NCBI GenBank assembly: GCA_965233585.1
Contig: CBDDTI010000746.1
Location: 672,001 to 736,000 of the forward strand
Origin: a bacterium
GTDB lineage: Bacteria > SAR324 > NAC60-12
DNA: 64,000 bases
Reading direction: 5' to 3'
Shown: positions 58,789-64,000 of the stretch, piece after piece
Layout: each line of letters begins with the position of its first letter
Numbering within the stretch: position 1 is the stretch's first letter
Translations under genes and position numbers: made by a program
Notes under the pieces: generated by a model
Seen by the model: only the letters and a program-made list of their open reading frames with translations
What the model was told of the DNA's origin: nothing
The model's database searches: none

Positions 58789-58930
58789 ATATGCTTAAAA
58801 AAGACATCGTCATCGGTCTTGATAGTTTCACGCAATCCACAAAAGCGATTGCATGGACTTGTGAAGGAGAAAATGTGAAGGGCGTGCAGATATTCCCATG
58901 CAAACACCCCAAGCAGGTTGTGTTAAGCAA
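58789..58930 (+). pseudogene. Frameshifted 5' relic of an FGGY (xylulokinase-like) kinase
   Basis: DIVIGLDSFTQSTKAIAW in one frame continues as EGRADIPMQTPQAGCVKQ in another; similarity then stops. Confidence 0.7.
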
Positions 58931-59012
58931 ACTATCTTCAAAATATATCTTCTTGCTAATGGGTGTTTATGACTTTGTCTTGTTTGAAGTCCTACATTCT
59001 ATGAAAAATGTC

Positions 59013-59042
59013 TTGACTTCAAATAAATCAGAAATGTAGAAT
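59013..59042 (+). promoter_or_regulatory. Possible sigma70 promoter flanked by an imperfect inverted repeat
   Basis: TTGACT-N18-TAGAAT; CTACATTCT (~58992) and AGAAATGTAG (~59030). Confidence 0.35.
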
Positions 59043-59307
59043 GCCAACGGTCTTTAGTAATGGTGTTGAATTTTGAACAATTCAGTCCACAAATTGTCTG
59101 AGATTCGCTTTTGTTTTTTAACCTCGTTCGTGAGTTGCCTATGAACTATTTTTGAAACTGAATTTGTTGATACAACTCTTGTGAGTCAAGATGGCTTTGT
59201 TTCTATCATCTAGTAATAGGTATATTTGAAATTTTGTGTGAACTGTTCGCCTTTCAAAGTCTTGGCTTCTTTTTATTTAACTTAAACTCCCAATTCAAAA
59301 AATAATT

Positions 59308-60624
59308 ATGAAAAAATATCTTAAAAAATGTTTAGCTTCTGCTGGATTTTTGGTGTTATCAAACATCGCTTTGGCTGATTTACCCTATCAACTCAAGGAA
59401 GGCAAGCCTTATGACGGTGCAACCGTTAAGGTGATGGTGGTTGTCACTCCTCAATTCAAAGGAATTGAACTTCGTGATGAAGAATTTACTGCTCTGACAG
59501 GTATCAATGTAGAATGGACAGAAGTCCCTTTTACTTCTTTACAAGAAAAAGTAGCAAGTGTAGGTGTGGCAGGCAATGGAAACTTTGATGTAGTGAACTA
59601 TTTGGACAGCTGGGGTCCTTCTTATGCACATTGGTTAGTGCCGATTGACGATTGGCTCAAACGCGATGGAATTTCTATGGAACGTTATCCTGCCGCTTTT
59701 GCTAAAAGTGCATCTTATCAAGGAAAAACTTTGGGCTTTCCTTTGAGGGCACATCCACAACTCATGTTTTACAGAAAAGACATTTTTCAGGAGCTAGGCT
59801 TACCTGTTCCTCAAACTTGGGACGATGTGGTGCGTGCAGGAAAAAAGATCAAAGCTGAAAAAAATATGGGTGGGTTAGCCTGTTATTATGGGGCTGATGG
59901 CAATAAGCAAAACCTTTTCATCTGGTTGAACTTCCTATGGGCTAATGATGTTGATGTCTTTACAGACGATATGAAACCTGCATGGGATTCACCAAAAGCG
60001 ATTCAAGCTACTAAGGATTATGTGGCTTTAAACACTGAACATGACATTTGTGGGTCAGGAGCCATTTCTAATGTAGAACAAGATGCAAGGTTGCAGTTTC
60101 AACAAGGTAAAGCTGCGATGATTCCAGTCTGGTGGTGGGCATATGCTCCAATGACTGACCCCAAAGCCTCTGTTTTGAAAAAATCACAGATTGGGTTTGT
60201 TGGAATGCCATCATATCAAGGGAAAGTCGTGACTTACGCAATCTCAATGCCCTTTGCAATTTCTAAATACTCCAAAAATAAAGAGGCTTCTTGGGAATTT
60301 ATGAAGTGGTTATCTAATCCTGCAATGGACAAAAGAAATGCCATTGAACGAGAGGTGGACGGAAAACGAATTGTCAATAATGTTGTGACACACAAAACCA
60401 GTTTAGTTGATGAAGAAGTCAATGCTGCGAATGATAATATTCAAAAAGCTGCTGCTGAAAGTCTGGTAGATTCTAACATCATGCCCCAAATCCCAGAATG
60501 GCCTGAAGTTGGGGATCTGGTGGCTAATGCCATTCAAAAAGCGGCAAATGGTGGTGATGTTGAACAACTGATGAAAGATTCTGCCAAAAAAGCTAAAAGA
60601 ATTTTGCGCAGAGCAGGTTATTAA
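59308..60624 (+). CDS. Sugar ABC transporter substrate-binding protein
   Basis: Signal peptide; TGINVEW, MFYRKD, PQTWDD, SKNKEASWEFMKW. Confidence 0.9.
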   Translation: MKKYLKKCLASAGFLVLSNIALADLPYQLKEGKPYDGATVKVMVVVTPQFKGIELRDEEFTALTGINVEWTEVPFTSLQEKVASVGVAGNGNFDVVNYLDSWGPSYAHWLVPIDDWLKRDGISMERYPAAFAKSASYQGKTLGFPLRAHPQLMFYRKDIFQELGLPVPQTWDDVVRAGKKIKAEKNMGGLACYYGADGNKQNLFIWLNFLWANDVDVFTDDMKPAWDSPKAIQATKDYVALNTEHDICGSGAISNVEQDARLQFQQGKAAMIPVWWWAYAPMTDPKASVLKKSQIGFVGMPSYQGKVVTYAISMPFAISKYSKNKEASWEFMKWLSNPAMDKRNAIEREVDGKRIVNNVVTHKTSLVDEEVNAANDNIQKAAAESLVDSNIMPQIPEWPEVGDLVANAIQKAANGGDVEQLMKDSAKKAKRILRRAGY

Positions 60625-60728
60625 ATTGTTTTCAACAAAGTGTTTTTTCAAAGTGTTGCAGTCTCTTTTGATGTTCCAGAGTCCAGTCAAAGTGTCTTAA
60701 AAGAGTGAGTTCAAAAAGTTGATGATGA

Positions 60729-61643
60729 GTGATGCAAGATAAATATCTTAGATATATTTTTTTATTGCCGGGTATTTCTGTTGTGTTTTTGGTCACAATT
60801 TGGCCAATCAGTGAAGCGTTTCAAATCAGTTTCATGGAATGGAAGCTGAGCCGTTCCAATGAACCTGTCCCTTTGTGGAGCTTGGAAGATGATGGCTTTG
60901 CAGAAATCACATACTTATTTGATAACTTCATCAACTCTGTTGAAGACTCTCTAGCCTTAAACTCTATCCAAGTGACTGCTGTGTTCACTTTCTTTTCTGT
61001 GCTGTTCACCATTGTTTTTTCAATGGGATTGGCATTGATTTTATTTAAAGGAGGTTGGTTTAGAAGTTTCACACGGTCTATTCTGTTACTTCCTTTTGCC
61101 ATGAGTCCAGCATTAGTTGGGGTGTCTTGGCGGTTCATGTTTAATGCAGATTTTGGAATCTTTCATGCGTTTTTAGGTTTGTTCAGTTCAGACCTTGCAA
61201 CAGTAGATTGGCTTGGGCATGAAACCTTAGCCATGGTGGTTCTTGTCGCTTGTGATGTCTGGCACTGGACACCCTACATGACGTTGCTTTTAATCGGTGC
61301 GCTGACCTCTGTCCCAAAAGAAGTTTTAGAAGCATCGTTTATTGATGGAGCGGGAAGTGTGAGAACTTTTTTTGACGTTACTTTGCCAATCATTTTGCCT
61401 TCACTGGGGGTGGCAGTCATTTTAAAAACCATCTTTTCTCTGAAAATGTTTGACCAAGTCTATATGCTTACGGACGGAGGACCAAGCCATGCGACACAGA
61501 CTCTAGCTCATTATATCTATGTACAAGGATTTAAGTATTACGACATGGGCTATGCGTCTGCTCTTTCTTATTGGTTAATTATTCCCCTTTTGTTTTTGGC
61601 ATTTGCGTACATTAAAATCCTTTTTCCAAAAAAAGAATCTTGA
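60729..61643 (+). CDS. Carbohydrate ABC transporter permease
   Basis: DVWHWTP, EASFIDGA, LTDGGP. Confidence 0.9.
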   Translation: MMQDKYLRYIFLLPGISVVFLVTIWPISEAFQISFMEWKLSRSNEPVPLWSLEDDGFAEITYLFDNFINSVEDSLALNSIQVTAVFTFFSVLFTIVFSMGLALILFKGGWFRSFTRSILLLPFAMSPALVGVSWRFMFNADFGIFHAFLGLFSSDLATVDWLGHETLAMVVLVACDVWHWTPYMTLLLIGALTSVPKEVLEASFIDGAGSVRTFFDVTLPIILPSLGVAVILKTIFSLKMFDQVYMLTDGGPSHATQTLAHYIYVQGFKYYDMGYASALSYWLIIPLLFLAFAYIKILFPKKES

Positions 61644-62458
61644 GTAAGAAGCAAGCACTAGAAATTTTTGAAAAGAGCATCATTGTCATTGTAACGGTCA
61701 TCATTTTAAGCCCAATCTTTTGGATTGTTTCAGGTGCATTTAAAGATCAAGTGGATTTATTTGCCATTAAAGTTTTTTTTACTCCAACACTGGACAACTT
61801 CAAAACTATTTTTGAAGACCCGTATGAGATTCAAAATAAACTGTCTAACTCTGTTACTGTTTCTGTCTTAACTGTTCTCCTGACAATTCCATTAGCTACT
61901 TTATCAGCTTATAGTTTTTCACGATTCAAGTTATTTGCAGGTCAGCCTCTTTTTCTTTTAGTCTTAGCGACTCAATTTGTACCAGCAGTTGCGATTGTCT
62001 TGCCCTTCTTTGTTTTGTTTAGAGACTTACAGCTTCTTGACACCAAAATTGCCCTCATTGTCATCAATTTTACTTTAACCATGCCATTTGCAATCTGGAT
62101 GCTGAAAAGTTTCATTGATGCCATTCCATTAGAAACAGAAGAAGCTGCTATGATTGATGGTTCTACACGTTTTCAAGTTGTCAAAAATATTGTGCTACCA
62201 ATGGCTTTGCCCGGTATCATTACTACATCTATTTTCTGCTTTATTTTAAGTTGGAATGAATTTTTGTTTGCTTTGATTCTTACTTCCAGAGACACGGTCA
62301 CCTTGCCTGTTGGTTTGGCTTTATTTAAAGGAGAACAAGGAACATTATGGCATCTTGTCAGTGCTGCAGGTATTTTGATTATGATCCCAATGTTCATTCT
62401 AGCTGTCATCATTCAAAAGCATCTTGTCAGAGGGGTCAGTGCAGGAGCCATTAAATAA
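61640..62458 (+). CDS. Carbohydrate ABC transporter permease
   Basis: AYSFSR, EEAAMIDG, FILSWNEF, GAIK. Confidence 0.9.
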   Translation: MSKKQALEIFEKSIIVIVTVIILSPIFWIVSGAFKDQVDLFAIKVFFTPTLDNFKTIFEDPYEIQNKLSNSVTVSVLTVLLTIPLATLSAYSFSRFKLFAGQPLFLLVLATQFVPAVAIVLPFFVLFRDLQLLDTKIALIVINFTLTMPFAIWMLKSFIDAIPLETEEAAMIDGSTRFQVVKNIVLPMALPGIITTSIFCFILSWNEFLFALILTSRDTVTLPVGLALFKGEQGTLWHLVSAAGILIMIPMFILAVIIQKHLVRGVSAGAIK

Positions 62459-62543
62459 TTGAAACTTGTGATGCCTCCAAATCACTTATGTTGAAAACAA
62501 TTTGACTCTAATCCATTAAAAATAGCTCGTTCAAATCAAGATT

Positions 62544-63608
62544 ATGGCGAAAGTAGTTCTCAAAAACCTTGTGAAACGTTGGACGAATTTCACAGCAGTT
62601 GACTCTATCTCACTAGAAATTGAAGACAGTGAGTTTTTTGTCTTTTTAGGTCCATCAGGTTGTGGCAAAACAACGACGATGCGAATGATTGCGGGATTGG
62701 AAGACATCACCTCTGGAGAAATTTACATCGGTGATAGACTCGTCAATCAGCTGCTTCCTAAAGACAGAGATATTGCAATGGTGTTTCAAAATTATGGGCT
62801 TTATCCTCATATGAACATCAGAAATAACATTGCTTATCCTCTCAAAATCAGGAAAATTCCTAAAGATCAGCATGATGCACTCATTCAAAAAGCAGCATCA
62901 AAAGTCAAGATGGAGCATCTTCTGCACAAAAAACCGCAAGAACTTTCAGGAGGACAGAGACAACGTGTCGCATTAGCAAGAGCCATTGTCAGAGAACCAA
63001 ACTGCTTTTTGATGGACGAACCTCTGTCTAATTTAGATGCAAAACTTCGTGCCTCTACGCGTGTAGAAATTAAAAGATTACAAAGGGAGCTTCAAGTAAC
63101 AACCATTTATGTGACACATGATCAAGTAGAAGCAATGACGATGGCAGACCGTGTTGCTGTGATGAAAGATGGCAAAATTGCACAGCTTGGTCAGCCCCAA
63201 GACATTTATAACGCACCTTCTAACATCTTTGTTGCAGGATTCATTGGCTCACCACCTATGAACATTGTCAAAGGCAATGTCGGTGCTGCAGGCATCTTTG
63301 AGTCAGAAGGCATCACGATTGCTGGAGCAACTCAATACTGCAATCGTGAATTGTATATCGGCTTTAGAGCTGAAGATGTAGATGTCAGTCGTGTGTTGAC
63401 TCAGCCGCAAATCTGCTCAAACATCTACAACGTAGAACTGCTTGGAGATTGCAAAATGATTGAATTAAAAATCAATGAAAGCATGATCACTATTAAAACA
63501 TCTAAAGACTTTGAGGCATCAATAGGAGACGCCTTTCAGGCAGGTCTAAAAATAGAACACTGTCATTTTTTTGATGTCAAAACTGGTGAACGTCTCTCTC
63601 AAATCTAA
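62544..63608 (+). CDS. Sugar ABC ATP-binding protein (MalK/UgpC-like)
   Basis: [44 protein letters not shown]. Confidence 0.93.
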   Translation: MAKVVLKNLVKRWTNFTAVDSISLEIEDSEFFVFLGPSGCGKTTTMRMIAGLEDITSGEIYIGDRLVNQLLPKDRDIAMVFQNYGLYPHMNIRNNIAYPLKIRKIPKDQHDALIQKAASKVKMEHLLHKKPQELSGGQRQRVALARAIVREPNCFLMDEPLSNLDAKLRASTRVEIKRLQRELQVTTIYVTHDQVEAMTMADRVAVMKDGKIAQLGQPQDIYNAPSNIFVAGFIGSPPMNIVKGNVGAAGIFESEGITIAGATQYCNRELYIGFRAEDVDVSRVLTQPQICSNIYNVELLGDCKMIELKINESMITIKTSKDFEASIGDAFQAGLKIEHCHFFDVKTGERLSQI

Positions 63609-63615
63609 AATCTGT

Positions 63616-64000
63616 ATGACTCAAAAAATAGCTCGCCCTCTCACCAGATCACACATGCCTAATCACTATGCCATTTCTTTGGATCAATATATTGGCAGAC
63701 AAGGGATAGGAGGAGGTTATCAAGACGGAGAACCTCGCATTCCTCAAGACTTTGGGCTCAAACAATCCATGAAAGGTTTTGAAGAAACTTATCAAAATAT
63801 CATTGACTACATCGTCAGAATTACCTACACCATCTGGGAAGATCGTCATGTGGAATACATTGGTCAAACTTATAGCCACGATTCACAAGTTTTTGATGAC
63901 TATGGCTTACAGATTGGAAGTCAAAAGATCATTTCAGACACCTACCATACGACGAAGGCATTTACAAACATTCAATTACTTGCTGATGAGGTCATTTGGG
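63616..64000 (+). CDS. SnoaL/NTF2-like ester cyclase family protein, 5' part; runs off the window edge
   Basis: Not in the ORF track. Manual translation MTQKIARP...SMKGFEETYQNIIDYIVRITYTIWEDR...AFTNIQLLADEVIW; the GF...DYI..IT..IWE and DEVIW motifs fit this family. Confidence 0.7.
   Translation, partial: MTQKIARPLTRSHMPNHYAISLDQYIGRQGIGGGYQDGEPRIPQDFGLKQSMKGFEETYQNIIDYIVRITYTIWEDRHVEYIGQTYSHDSQVFDDYGLQIGSQKIISDTYHTTKAFTNIQLLADEVIW

Noticed and set aside
58785..59039. Intact 84-aa protein
   Set aside because: Only the first ~30 aa are kinase-like and the similarity continues in another frame; treated as a pseudogene relic.
59043..59307. Riboswitch or ncRNA in the long leader
   Set aside because: No recognisable aptamer motif or strong structure by eye; an Rfam/Infernal scan would decide.

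Overview
Bacterial chromosomal region, moderately AT-rich and dense in TRAP and ABC transporters. The gene mix suggests a marine SAR324/deltaproteobacterium-like heterotroph (inference only). From left to right it contains: (1) a minus-strand terB-glnE-hypothetical-hglS(partial) run; (2) a ~700-bp array of 12 TGTC-tagged REP-like palindromes; (3) a Gfo/Idh/MocA oxidoreductase divergent from a TRAP operon ending in a YphC-like dehydrogenase; (4) a Liv-type ABC importer operon with an NAD-dependent formate dehydrogenase embedded in it, preceded by a 168-bp tandem repeat that triplicates a sigma70-like promoter; (5) a TakP-type TRAP system and housekeeping genes (murF, SDR, sdaA, priA, hldE, DsbA-like); (6) an erythritol/polyol locus (eryD, mpt-like ABC, eryA, rbtA-like, fucA-like, eryB); (7) an AT-rich defence island with the order mod1-TA1-mod2-TA2-[mod 3' remnant]-TA3-res; (8) an FGGY kinase relic, a further sugar ABC transporter and a partial SnoaL-like gene. 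The most striking structure is the island. Two Type III Mod genes with different target-recognition domains share one Res gene, and each of three unrelated toxin-antitoxin modules starts immediately after the same 55-bp mod 3'-end/RBS sequence, like a cassette array. No rRNA, tRNA, CRISPR array or transposase was found. Family calls come from motif recognition and recalled homologs, not database searches.
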